A stretch of 63,025 bases of DNA, counting the filler, from Octopus bimaculoides (lineage: Eukaryota): the NCBI RefSeq assembly GCF_001194135.2. It is 4 parts of 4 records of this genome, joined end to end, with 100 filler letters (N's around TTAATTAATTAA, not from the genome) between each part and the next. Parts side by side here need not be neighbours in the genome. Positions count along the whole stretch, not along the records: positions 49,047 to 56,760 come from NC_068989.1; positions 56,861 to 63,025 come from NC_068990.1; 2 more parts are not named here. One strand, written 5' to 3'. The notes under the pieces are model-generated. The model was given only the letters and a program-made list of their open reading frames with translations, had not been told where the DNA came from and made no database searches. Numbering within the stretch: the stretch's first letter is position 1; each line of letters opens with the position of its first letter. Made by a program: the position numbers and the translations under genes. This document shows, piece by piece, positions 52,352 to 63,025 of this stretch.

Positions 52352-52630
52352 NNNNNNNNNNNNNNNNNNNNNNNNNNNNNNNNNNNNNNNNNNNNNNNNN
52401 NNNNNNNNNNNNNNNNNNNNNNNNNNNNNNNNNNNNNNNNNNNNNNNNNNNNNNNNNNNNNNNNNNNNNNNNNNNNNNNNNNNNNNNNNNNNNNNNNNNN
52501 NNNNNNNNNNNNNNNNNNNNNNNNNNNNNNNNNNNNNNNNNNNNNNNNNNNNNNNNNNNNNNNNNNNNNNNNNNNNNNNNNNNNNNNNNNNNNNNNNNNN
52601 NNNNNNNNNNNNNNNNNNNNNNNNNNNNNN

Positions 52631-52675
<45 letters not shown>

Positions 52676-52677
<2 letters not shown>

Positions 52678-52965
52678 CACAGGAGTGGCTACGTGGTAAG
52701 TAGCTTGCTTACCAACCATATGGTTCTGGGTTCAGTCCCATATATGTATGTGTGTATATGTATATGTTTGTGTGTTTGTGTTTGTCCCCCCCCCCAACCG
52801 ATGCTGGTGTGTTTACGTCCCCGTAACTTAGCGGTTCGGCAAAAGAGAACGATAGAATAAGTACTAGGCTTACAAAGAATAAGTCCTGGGGTCGATTTGC
52901 TCGTCTAAAGGCGGTGCTCCAGCATGGCCGCAGTCAAATGACTGAAACAAGTAAAAGAGTAAAAG
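52676..52965 (+). mobile_element. SINE family A, internally deleted
   Basis: Head and 3-prime half nearly identical to the 33486 copy. The segment after GGTTCAGTCCCA is missing. Confidence 0.8.
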
Positions 52966-53691
52966 AATACGTATGTATGTATGTATGTATGTATGTATGT
53001 ATTCATGCATGTATGTATGTATGTATGTATGTATATATGTATATATGTATGTGTGAGTATGAGTGTATACATGTATGTAAACACCTGAGTGAATGAAAAG
53101 ACGTATCCAATACTGAAAGTGGTGTTATGTGTCGTTGGAAACCGAAATATTTCAAATCGTTAGAACACGTTTCTTGTTTCCGATCGTCAGGTGACATCGT
53201 CCGAAGGTCAAAAACGAAAACTTAAGAAACGAATTGCGTAGTTTCAACTAACAATAAACTCTGTGTGCATGTGCGTGAGCGCGCGCCTGTGCGTGTGTGT
53301 GTCCGTTTATGTGTGAATGAAACGGAGAGAAAAAAGACAAAACAGGTAGGTAGACTGTTAGACATTTAGATGTTCGAGTGTAAATAGTGAACGGAGAATG
53401 CTTCTTTCAAGAAAACAGCAGCGTAGATATATCTACATATGTATGCTAGTCTATGTGTATCAATATATTTTTTATGTGCACTTATAAATACATGTGCGTA
53501 TGCGTGTGCGTGCGTGTGTGTGTGTGTGTGTTGTGTACACATATAAATATACATATTTTTTTATAGCTAAGTAGCCCTTCGTTGGTGGCCAATTTTCACC
53601 AAAGAATGTCTTTATTTCAATTTCCGTTCCATGTCAGATCATGTCTTCGGCGGATAGGCCTCTTCGTCACAACGGATTTGGAGTAGTTTAT

Positions 53692-54074
53692 GTTGTTGGC
53701 ACTCCGTCGCTTACGACGTCGAGGATTCCAGTTGATCCGATCAACGGAACAGCCTGCTCGTGAAATTAACGTGCAAGTGGCTGAGCACTCCACAGACACG
53801 TGTACCCTTAACGTAGTTTTCGGGGATATTCAGCGTGACACAGTGTGACAAAGCTGACCCTTTGAATTACAGGCACAACAGAAACAGGAAGTAAGAGTGA
53901 GAGAAAGTTGTGGTGGAAGAGTACAGCAGGGTTCATCAACATCCCCTGCCGGAGCCTCGTGGAGCTTTAGGTGTTTTCGCTCAATAAACACTCACAACGC
54001 CCGGTCTGGGAATCGAAACCGCGATCCTATGACCGCGTGTCCGCTGCCCTAACCACTGGGCCATTGTGCCTCTA
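53692..54074 (-). mobile_element. SINE family C. A 3-prime part also lies on + at 31867-32112
   Basis: Nearly identical to 47879-48247. Confidence 0.85.
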
Positions 54075-54799
54075 CGGAGTAGTTTATAACGTCTCAACAA
54101 ACGAATTTTTTAATTATTTTTTTTCATTTGGTGCGCAGATGTAAAGATATTTCTTGCTTCCTGCTCTTGAACATCCAGCGTAAAGCTGACCCTAGGTGAA
54201 GCAAGGTCCTTCAAGGTGTCAACCAGAAACCGAAAATATTCGCTCTCACAATTTGTTGATGGTCGTGGTAAAACTAAAATTCACTGGAAACTAAAGTCGT
54301 TTGAACTGAAACGGAACATCGTCTCTTGAGTCATCTTGTACGCTTATCATCTAATCGATGCATCCTACGCTCGGATGTCTCCCATCGAGTCTATTTTTTC
54401 TCTGTTCGGATGTCTCCAGATTTCGCTTCTGACGCTTTGTGAGGGTTTTTTCGGCTCTGTCGCCTCAATGAAATTTCTTAAGCATATGAGTACACACACA
54501 CACATACAAACGCACATGCATATACAAACATACACGCACTCAGCGTGAGAGGCACACATATGCAGAGAAAGGGTGAGAGAGAGAGTGTGGTAAATATATA
54601 GAGAGAGAGAGAAAGTTTACAATGAGAAAAGCGTAAAAGACAGACCGATGATCATAGGCAGTTATGTACGTATGTATATATATATATTTGCATAGGAATA
54701 TATAAGTGAGTGTAAGATTGTGTGTGTTGAATCATATGTATGTGTGTGTGTGTGTGTATATATATATACAGAGCGAGATAGAGACATAGATATATATAT

Positions 54800-54814
54800 A
54801 GGGCTAGAGGTAAT

Positions 54815-54850
<36 letters not shown>

Positions 54851-54899
54851 ATTAGATAGATAGAGAGAGAGAGAGAGAGAAAGAGAGATAGGTAATTAG

Positions 54900-54930
<31 letters not shown>

Positions 54931-55104
54931 TAGGTAATTAGATAGATAGAGAGAGGGGGTAATTAGAGAGAGAGAGAGAGAGAGAGAAAGAAAGAGAGAT
55001 AGGTAATTAGATAGATAGAGAGAGAGAGAGAGAGAAAGAGAGATAGGTAATTAGATAGATAGAGAGAGGGGGTAATTAGATAGAGAGAGAGAGAGGGGGG
55101 TAAT

Positions 55105-55150
<46 letters not shown>
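54800..55150. repeat. Compound (GA)n/GATA minisatellite with 9 GGTAATTAGA units
   Basis: GGTAATTAGA recurs nine times, separated by (AG)n tracts of variable length. Confidence 0.9.
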
Positions 55151-55152
<2 letters not shown>

Positions 55153-56043
55153 GTTTGTATACGTTGGATGTAGACCAGATTTGTAAGATTATATAGCTTT
55201 ACTCTGTAAATATTTAGTTAATTAATGTTTGACAGTGATCCAACAGTATATATAAATATATAGACAATGTATAATTATGTAAACATTATCTCAAAACATA
55301 CACCAATAGATACTAAATAAATATGTAGACATCATACAACGTTATAATGATTTCTGGTATAGGCACAGGGCCAGATACTTTTGGGAGGTGAGTGTAGTAT
55401 AGTTACAACACTGCATAAAATCAACAGCCGTACCGGATTTGATCACGGCGGGATTTGAATTTAGAACGTAAACTGATATTGGTTTCTGACTTTGGCATAA
55501 GCCCAGTAATTTCGGTGGTGGGGAGTAGATAAGTCGATTACACCGACCCCTGTACTCAACTGCTACTTATTTCATCGACCCCGAGAGGATAAGAGACAAA
55601 GTCAGCCTCGATGGAATCTGAACTCAGAATATAAAGACAGAAGAAATACCGGCAAGTATTTTGCCCGACGTGCTTACGATTTTGTCTGCTCGCTGTCTCT
55701 GAAAGTAAAATGATATTGCTAACCAAATGTAGGGCATTGCAGTTTTTCCTATGGTCTGAAGTTTCTATTACCACCACTAATATATTATGCTGCTGTGCGT
55801 ATACATTGTTATACGGTAAGTCAATGAAAAAGTACTTATGTTCAACGGTTCTCAGACTGTATGCCACAAAAATTTGATTGGAGCAGGGGTAGAAGGTTAA
55901 AGAAGCAATAAGGGTCCATGAGCTGTGTTCAAATTTTTAACCCGATGAAGTGTAAAATGTATAATTACTGCATCCATCTGTCCATCTCTGCTGTCCACTA
56001 ATCGTTGGAGGTTCTTGTGATGGAGTCCGCAGGCACTTCCATC

Positions 56044-56102
<59 letters not shown>

Positions 56103-56760
56103 TTTCAAAAAAAGAAAAGTAAAAACACGTCTTATATTTTAGACCTAGATAGAGTGTATCTTATAAATAAATAAAAATATCTTTTTAAAAAACCTGAAGA
56201 CGGGATAAATTACGGCTGGAATACCTTTCAATATAAGTCAGCTCGATCAGGGATAAACAACAACAGTAACAACAACAAAAACAACGAGATATCCTTAGGG
56301 AATTTCATACCAAAGATATAAAGATACACCGACGCCATCTTTTTTTTTTCATCCAAACACCAGTAATGTTAAGTGGACGGGCAATCTATATCTTTTGGTG
56401 TGAGTTCCCTAAAATTATCTCTAAAATTAACACACCACGGTTCTAGTTATTTCTAATCTCTTGTTAATCTTTTGTTAATCGCTTATGCGTTGAAGTATTT
56501 GACGTCTGGCATGGACTCTCGTCTTCATCCACCTCGTCGAATCTAATGCGACGTTTGCAAAGCCACATGCAGAGAGGCGAGTTGTCGGCTACATATTGTT
56601 GGTTTCGTAGCAGGGAACCTTCGCTGGAATATACGACCCTTCAGCTTCACAGTCGGAGCGCACTGATAAAGGGGAAAACGAAACAAATCGAAATTGGAAA
56701 CACATACACAAACATACACGTGTATAGATATATATATGTATATATATATATATATATATA

Positions 56761-56860
56761 NNNNNNNNNNNNNNNNNNNNNNNNNNNNNNNNNNNNNNNN
56801 NNNNTTAATTAATTAANNNNNNNNNNNNNNNNNNNNNNNNNNNNNNNNNNNNNNNNNNNN
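56761..56860. other. Synthetic scaffold spacer 44N-TTAATTAATTAA-44N
   Basis: Same 100-bp structure as at 31767. Confidence 0.95.
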
Positions 56861-57222
56861 AAGCCCCCCTCTTTCTCTAGTTCTGGCGAGGATGTAGTCG
56901 ATTTGGCTAGAGTGTCTGCCGGATTGGTAGGTGACTAGGTGACAGGCAGGTTTCCTGAAGTTGGTATTGCAAGCCATAAGATCGGTTGCATCACAGAACT
57001 CCAGCAGTCTGGTTCCCTCCTCGTTGCGGGAACCGAAGCCATAGCCTCCATGTATGCCATGGAAGCCTCCAGCACGACGTCCGACATGACCATTGAAGTC
57101 ACCAGCCACAAAGAGAAGGTCTCTGTCTCTTGTCGACGAGGTAGTTTGCAAGAGGGTGTCGTAGAATTGGTCTTTCACCCCATCCGGGAGCCCCGGTTGA
57201 GGGGCATAGGCTGTGTGTATCA
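56861..57222 (-). mobile_element. RTE-type LINE APE endonuclease fragment
   Basis: AYAPQ...GDFNGHVG...GYGFGSRNEEGTRLLEFC...CNTNF...SQIDYIL, the exo/endo/phosphatase motifs. Confidence 0.9.
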
Positions 57223-57749
57223 TCATCATCACCACCAATATTTAATGTCTGTTGTCCATGCTGGCATGGGTTGGAAGGTTTGACTAAGACTGGCAAGTTG
57301 AGGGGCTGCACCAGACTCCAGTCTGATTTGGCCTGGTTTCTATAGCTGAATGTCCTTAACACCAAATACTTTGAGAATGTAGTGGGTACCTTTTATGTGT
57401 CACCGGCATAGGTGTCAGTTTCATGACACCAGTATCTGTCACATCTATGATTTCGCTTGGCTTGATGGATCTTCTACTCAAACATGGCATGTTGCTGTTG
57501 GTTTCGGTCATTTGCCAATGCCTCTTTGAGGCCCAATGCTTGAAAGTGCTTTTCATGTACCACCAGCACAGGTGCATTTTATGTACCACCGGCACAGGTG
57601 CTACTTACATGACACCAGCATCAGCCACATTGTCTCCATGAGGCCCAATACACAACAGGTGGTTGCCAAAGGTCTCAGTCCCTAGTCATTGCTTCCATGA
57701 GGCCCAAAATTTGAAGATTATGCTTCACCACCTCATCTCATGTTTTCCT

Positions 57750-58572
57750 GCATCTACCTCTTCCACAGGTTCCCTCCACAGAGATCAGTACTACTTTACA
57801 TGGCTGTCTACGTCCATACGCATAACATGACCATACCAGCACTTCTCTAGTACTTGGTAGTGATTCCACTATGAGAGCAAGGTCATCAACATAGAGGAGC
57901 TCCCAGGGCAGCCTGTCTTGAATTCCTTTGTTATTGCCAGGAGGACTATGATTGAATAAGAGTGGGCTGAGGGCTGATTCTTGGTGAACCCCTACTTCTA
58001 TCTGGAATTCTTCTCTATACTCATAGCCAACCCTTATCTTACTAATGGCGTCCCTGTAAAGTTCTGTACAGCTCTTATTAACCACTTGTCAATCCCCAGT
58101 TTCAGCATCGCCCACCAGATAAGGGATCGGGGGATCCTGTCAAAGGCTTTCTCCAAGTCAATAAAAGCCAAGTATAGGGGTTTGCCTTTGGCTAGGTATT
58201 TCTCCTGCAGTTGCCATACCAAGAATATAGCATCAGTGGTGCTTCCACCTGACACAAAACCAAACTGCATCTCATCTAAGCAGACTCTCTCCCTAATTAG
58301 TTGGGCAATGACTCTCTGTAACTTTCATCACCTGATCCAGCAATTTGATACCCTTGTAGTTATTTCTATTTAAAGCATCACCTTTACCTTTGTACCTGCT
58401 ATGCAAAGTCATTGGGTATGACTCCTTCATGAACTACTTGGTTTATAATACGGGTGACTAGGCCATGACCCACACCACCAGATATTTTAAGCATCTCAGC
58501 AGTGATTCCTGATGGCTGGGGGCTTTTCCTGACTTTATATCCTTAATTGCTTTATCTACCAGGGTGCTATCT
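57750..58572 (-). mobile_element. RTE-type LINE reverse transcriptase fragment
   Basis: KAIKDIKSGKAP, QFGFVSGGSTTDAIF, FIDLEKAFDRIPR, VGVHQESALSPLLF, LLYVDDLALI. Confidence 0.9.
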
Positions 58573-60160
58573 ATTTGGGTAACTGGTCCCTCTACTGGGT
58601 CAACATTTGGCAGGCTCTCCTCCCCTCACTAAACGAGTATGAAGCGGTGACAGGTGCGAAAATTAACGCGGAAAAGTTAGTGGGCTTGCAACTGGGCACC
58701 TGGAGGGGCAAGTCCATGCCGTCCAACAGCGTCGTAGGGTGCTGGACAGACGGACCTGTTAAACTGCTCGGGATCTGGTTCGGTTCAGACCTCCAGTTGG
58801 AGAAAAACTGGGAAGAAGTGACGAACAGGGTGGCCAATCTCACCCAGAAATGGGCCGAGAGGAAGCTCTCCTTGAAAGGTCGAGCGGAAGTGGCGAATGC
58901 ATACATCGCATCCGTCATCTATTACCGCTTGACCGTCGTCCCTTGTTCCGACCGCTGGTTAACCAAGATAGTACGCTTGCTCTTCAACTTTTTGTGGAAG
59001 GGCCAGGTACCACTGGTCAGGCGCTCCATCTGCTGTCAACAGCCGCTGAACGGAGGCCTTGACATGCCGTGGTTGCTGATGCGCAAACATGCGCTCAGGC
59101 TANNNNNNNNNNNNNNNNNNNNNNNNNNNNNNNNNNNNNNNNNNNNNNNNNNNNNNNNNNNNNNNNNNNNNNNNNNNNNNNNNNNNNNNNNNNNNNNNNN
59201 NNNNNNNNNNNNNNNNNNNNNNNNNNNNNNNNNNNNNNNNNNNNNNNNNNNNNNNNNNNNNNNNNNNNNNNNNNNNNNNNNNNNNNNNNNNNNNNNNNNN
59301 NNNNNNNNNNNNNNNNNNNNNNNNNNNNNNNNNNNNNNNNNNNNNNNNNNNNNNNNNNNNNNNNNNNNNNNNNNNNNNNNNNNNNNNNNNNNGGTGCGCT
59401 ACCTGTTCGAGATAAACTCTACCGGCACGGAAGTGCCGTCAGCCGGGCCTGCCCGAGGTGCGCTCAGGACGACGAAACCGTTCTGCACGCACTCGTCCAG
59501 TGCCCGAGTATTGCTGACCTGTGGGTTTATGTCGAACAGCTACTGTCACATGTAGGGCGGATCCGGCTATCAGCTGAATCCATCGTGTGGATTGACCCGC
59601 CGACCTCCTTTAACCGGGAAGGCAAGGCAATTTTCCTATGCCTAGTGGCTGTAGCGAAAGAGGTGGTATGGTGGACCCGTTTGAAAGGGCTAAAGTCAGA
59701 CACTTTCCTCTTTGGCCAAAGCCTCATCAACCTTTTCAAGTTCTACTTGAAAAGGAAGATGAGAGGAGAGAGGGAACTGCTGTCTCATAGCAAATTTGTT
59801 GAAAGATGGGTGACTGTTGGAAGAATGGCCAGTATAAACGGACCAATTCTGAGAATACACCTGTAGGAAAAAAGGTAATGTAAAAGGAGAAAGGGCTCTA
59901 TACCACTTTCTTATTTTTTCTGACCAGGCTCCCGTGGTTTTATGGGTTTTTCCACGTGTAACCTTTTCTTTTTCGAAGCGCCACCCCCCTTTGGGAGTTT
60001 TATTTATTTATTCATTTATTTATTTATTTATTTATTTGTTTGTTTACACGAACGTTTTTCTATTTTTCGGACAAAACCTTTTGTAACCTTCATCCTGTCT
60101 TTGTCCTTACATGTTTTTGATTGATATTAGCCCTTGTGGCCAATAAAACGAATTAATTAT
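58573..60160 (+). mobile_element. Tx1/L1-clade LINE, 5-prime truncated, with intact 3-prime end
   Basis: YEAVTGAKINAEK, VKLLGIWFG, LSLKGRAEVANAYIASVIYY, zinc knuckle CPRCAQDDETVLHALVQCP, stop at 59866, 3-prime UTR with AATAAA at 60142-47. Contains an N gap. Confidence 0.9.
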
Positions 60161-60376
60161 TGTGAATTTTACCGGTTTCGTAAAATTACTAATCATTGCT
60201 TTGAATGCACACTGATTAGTGAACAGTGTCAGGTCTACTAGTCCCTGAGTAAAAAGATTATGTGTAAGGGAGATGAGTAGGTCTGGATTTGGTGCAATTA
60301 GGGTAGAAATAGATCTGTAATATATATATATGTAGTGAACACGCTATCACCATTTTATACAAATCATCTTCCCCAC

Positions 60377-61256
60377 TGTTATAAATATATTCAAGTTCGG
60401 GCGTAGTAGAAAACATCTTTCCCTGTCATCACGTGACTAATTAGTATTTGAAGCGGCAACTGTTTCGTACCGTTCCCGCCAGAACGCAAATCGACCAATC
60501 ACAGCCCGTAATAAGGTCACGTGACAGTGCTTTTCTAATACCTCTCTGGAGCCCCTATTTTGCTTTAAATAGCCTAAATTCAGCGGCAAAATTCGTCTCG
60601 GTTCAGTTCTCTTAGAGACCTGTTCCGTGTACCACACAGAGCAGCAGCAGCAGTTCCAGCGACATCAACAGCATCTCTAGCTGCGACTACCAGCATCGCC
60701 GCCGCCAGCGTCAACACCACTTCAACTACGAACTACAAGATTCGCCACCAGCGTCGCCAACATCGTCAACATGACTTATACGTACACCAGCTAACTTCTA
60801 ACTCTGTTTGTGCGATTCACCTTCGCCACGATAGACGACAAGAACCTAGCCTGCGACGAACGTCTGTATACAAGAACCCGGCTTGGCATGGAAGCCCTAA
60901 CATCACAACGAGTGATCGCCCTGCCCCACACGCTTCAACTTCTTACATACAGACTGTTACTATTGTGTACTCAACAAACTGGCAAATTCGTATATGTGTT
61001 ACTGACTCTCTTTTTCTATCTGCTGTATCTCACGCATTCACATACATCTGTGCACACACTCTTTTGTATACACACTATTCTATTTACATGACGGCTTCTC
61101 TTTTATTATGTTTTCATTATGTCGCATTCACAATCACACACAGACATACATTATAACGCTACAATAAATATTACTGTTATTCATCTTCTATCGGTTGTGA
61201 TCTATCGTCTTCATTACTGGCCATTTACGAATGCACTATGTTATCGAAGTATAACA
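60377..61256 (+). promoter_or_regulatory. GC/CpG-richer LTR-like promoter island (possible solo LTR)
   Basis: TCACGTGA at 60429-36, CCAAT at 60495-99, GTCACGTGAC at 60516-25, TTTAAATA at 60564-71, TCAGTT Inr at 60603-08, AATAAA at 61163-68, termini TGTTATA/TATAACA. No target-site duplication seen. Confidence 0.4.
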
Positions 61257-61456
61257 TAAATATATCATTTGATATATTTTGTGNNNNNNNNNNNNNNNNN
61301 NNNNNNNNNNNNNNNNNNNNNNNNNNNNNNNNNNNNNNNNNNNNNNNNNNNNNNNNNNNNNNNNNNNNNNNNNNNNNNNNNNNGAAGAATAAAGAGTAAA
61401 ACAGTAGATAGAAGAATACAGACAGGAGAATAAGTTCACAACTCATCTTCTTTCAG

Positions 61457-61511
61457 AGGGTATGGAGATTTGTATTTATGTGAAGGTATAGGTCCTTAAA
61501 TATAATCCCAG
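61457..61511 (+). other. Candidate short exon, probably non-coding
   Basis: Acceptor catcttctttcag and donor CAG|gtaagt. Cannot continue the CHS frame (phase-1 reading hits a stop). Confidence 0.35.
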
Positions 61512-62269
61512 GTAAGTCCAGGCAGTATTTTGAATGCTGTGTACATGTTGAAGGAATAGATCAAGACTTGATCTATTCTTTCAACATTCAAATTACTGCT
61601 ACAGAAAGCACTTATCTTATGATTCACACTGGTGATCTGGCTATGCCCCGGATGTAGGGAACTTGCCTCCCTTGTCAGTCATAAGGTAAGTGCTTTCTGT
61701 GGCTATGGGTTGTTTTGACTCTTATTCCAAGCAATAATGGTGCTGACTAGTGCCCTTAGTTAATTTAGTGACATCTATATTTCTGCCTTTCAGTTGTAAA
61801 TTGTGAATAAGCCACCCTTACTATTTATACACATACACATATATATACACAGGTTACAGTAGAGGCAGAACCAACAAAAAAAGTACTCCATCCAGTGAGA
61901 GATAAATATCTATTTAAATATACAACTGAAAGAGCTACTAATAGTTTCATGCTTTTATGATACTTGGAAAGGCATATTTATATAATATGCTATGTATCTT
62001 AAAGCAATCTTTCAGGATCCATTTATGATACAACACATAAACTGAGCCTGAAAGATTGTTTAAGATACATGGTGTACTTTATAAATATGCCTGTTCAAAT
62101 ATCATAAAAGTATGAAACTATTAGTACTTTTGGTTATTTATCTAAATTGATATATGTACAGACATGACAGAAATAAATAAACACCCTTGTAATCATTAAA
62201 ATTTATTTAAATCTGAAATTATATATTCAAATTATTTATCAATTATAAAGTGAATATCTAATATTTAGT

Positions 62270-62900
62270 AGACATGCTCTTTGCATTTTTCAATGCAAGA
62301 ACCTTATTAAGTATGCTATTGACCAGTTTATGTTTCCTTCACATTCACCAGCTCTGACCAACCATTGCTCCAAATAGCTCCCCAGACCATCACAGAATAG
62401 CCACCATATTTCTGCAATCCTTTCACATCAAATTCTTGATCATAGAATCTCCAGACCCACACTCAACCACTATTAGAAAATACAGCAAATCTGGACTCAT
62501 CAGAGAATATGAGTGTCCCAAAATGCTAGTGGCCTCTCCACCATCTCCCTCGTCCAATCCTTTCTCCACTTGATAGTGGCTGGTTGAAGAAGTGGCTTCC
62601 TTCTTGCTGCTCTGCCATAGTAACCAAGTTTGTGGAGATGCCTGACAGCTGTTCTGGGACTGATGACAACTTGTTCTGCTATGTCAGAGGCCTTGAATGA
62701 GGATTATCCCCCACACTTCTCTTAACAAAGCAAAGGGTCCTGGTTGGCCTGGGTGAGGTGACATGGATTCCTTCCCTTCTCTGGTGAATTGTACAATCAT
62801 TCTATTAACTGTAGAAAGCAGGATTTCATGGTTTTCTGAAATTTTATGCTAAATCCACCTTCAGATTGACCCACATTATGCCCGCTTTGAAATTTTTTTG
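62270..62900 (-). mobile_element. Tc1-like transposase relic
   Basis: [38 protein letters not shown]. Contains stops and frameshifts. Confidence 0.85.
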
Positions 62901-63025
62901 TATGTGGCATGATTAAACAGTCACATATAAATCCTGAAACATAAAGACGTCAATTGATAAAAAATACAAACCTTTTCAAGTTAAAATAAACATAAAACGA
63001 TGTTTTATGAGGTATCTATTTACTT

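Noticed and set aside
53150-53195. Minus-strand CTGACGA...GAAACGTG hammerhead-like motif
   Set aside because: Stem II does not pair and there is no UH site.
54000-54074. tRNA-like sequences with A and B boxes (also at 48170-48247, 33490-33540 and others)
   Set aside because: They are SINE heads running straight into SINE bodies, with no complete cloverleaf.
55731-55815. Candidate for the missing last CHS exon (strong gtaagt donor)
   Set aside because: No frame gives the expected F...QF..M..HR pattern and the acceptor is weak.
62490-62505. CTGATGAG on the minus strand
   Set aside because: It is the FSDES codon string of the Tc1 transposase, with no GAAA or stems.

Overview
AT-rich, repeat-dense animal genomic DNA with many N gaps. 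The SINE families and (TA)n/(CA)n/(GATA)n microsatellites look like Octopus (from memory of these repeats, not a database search). One gene is well supported: nine phase-compatible GT-AG exons on the + strand (32896-47776, 1176 nt) encoding the C-terminal part of a chitin synthase. It contains transmembrane helices, the SWGTRE motif, two tandem SAM domains, an FW..L motif and an LRN motif followed by a helix. No catalytic (EDR/QRRRW) exon and no final exon were found, and the exon block is bracketed by synthetic 100-bp scaffold spacers (44N-TTAATTAATTAA-44N). The rest is decayed RTE, Tx1/L1 and R4/Dong-like LINEs, Tc1/mariner relics, MITEs, several tRNA-derived SINE families and an LTR-like promoter island near 60.4-61.2 kb. 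The most interesting unannotated signals are RNA structures: two type I hammerhead ribozyme folds (17698-17743 on -, and 43814-43884 on + inside a chitin synthase intron), several long fold-back hairpins, and a tandem hairpin pair at 61521-61702. Nearly all ORFs in the supplied track are artefacts of gaps or microsatellites.
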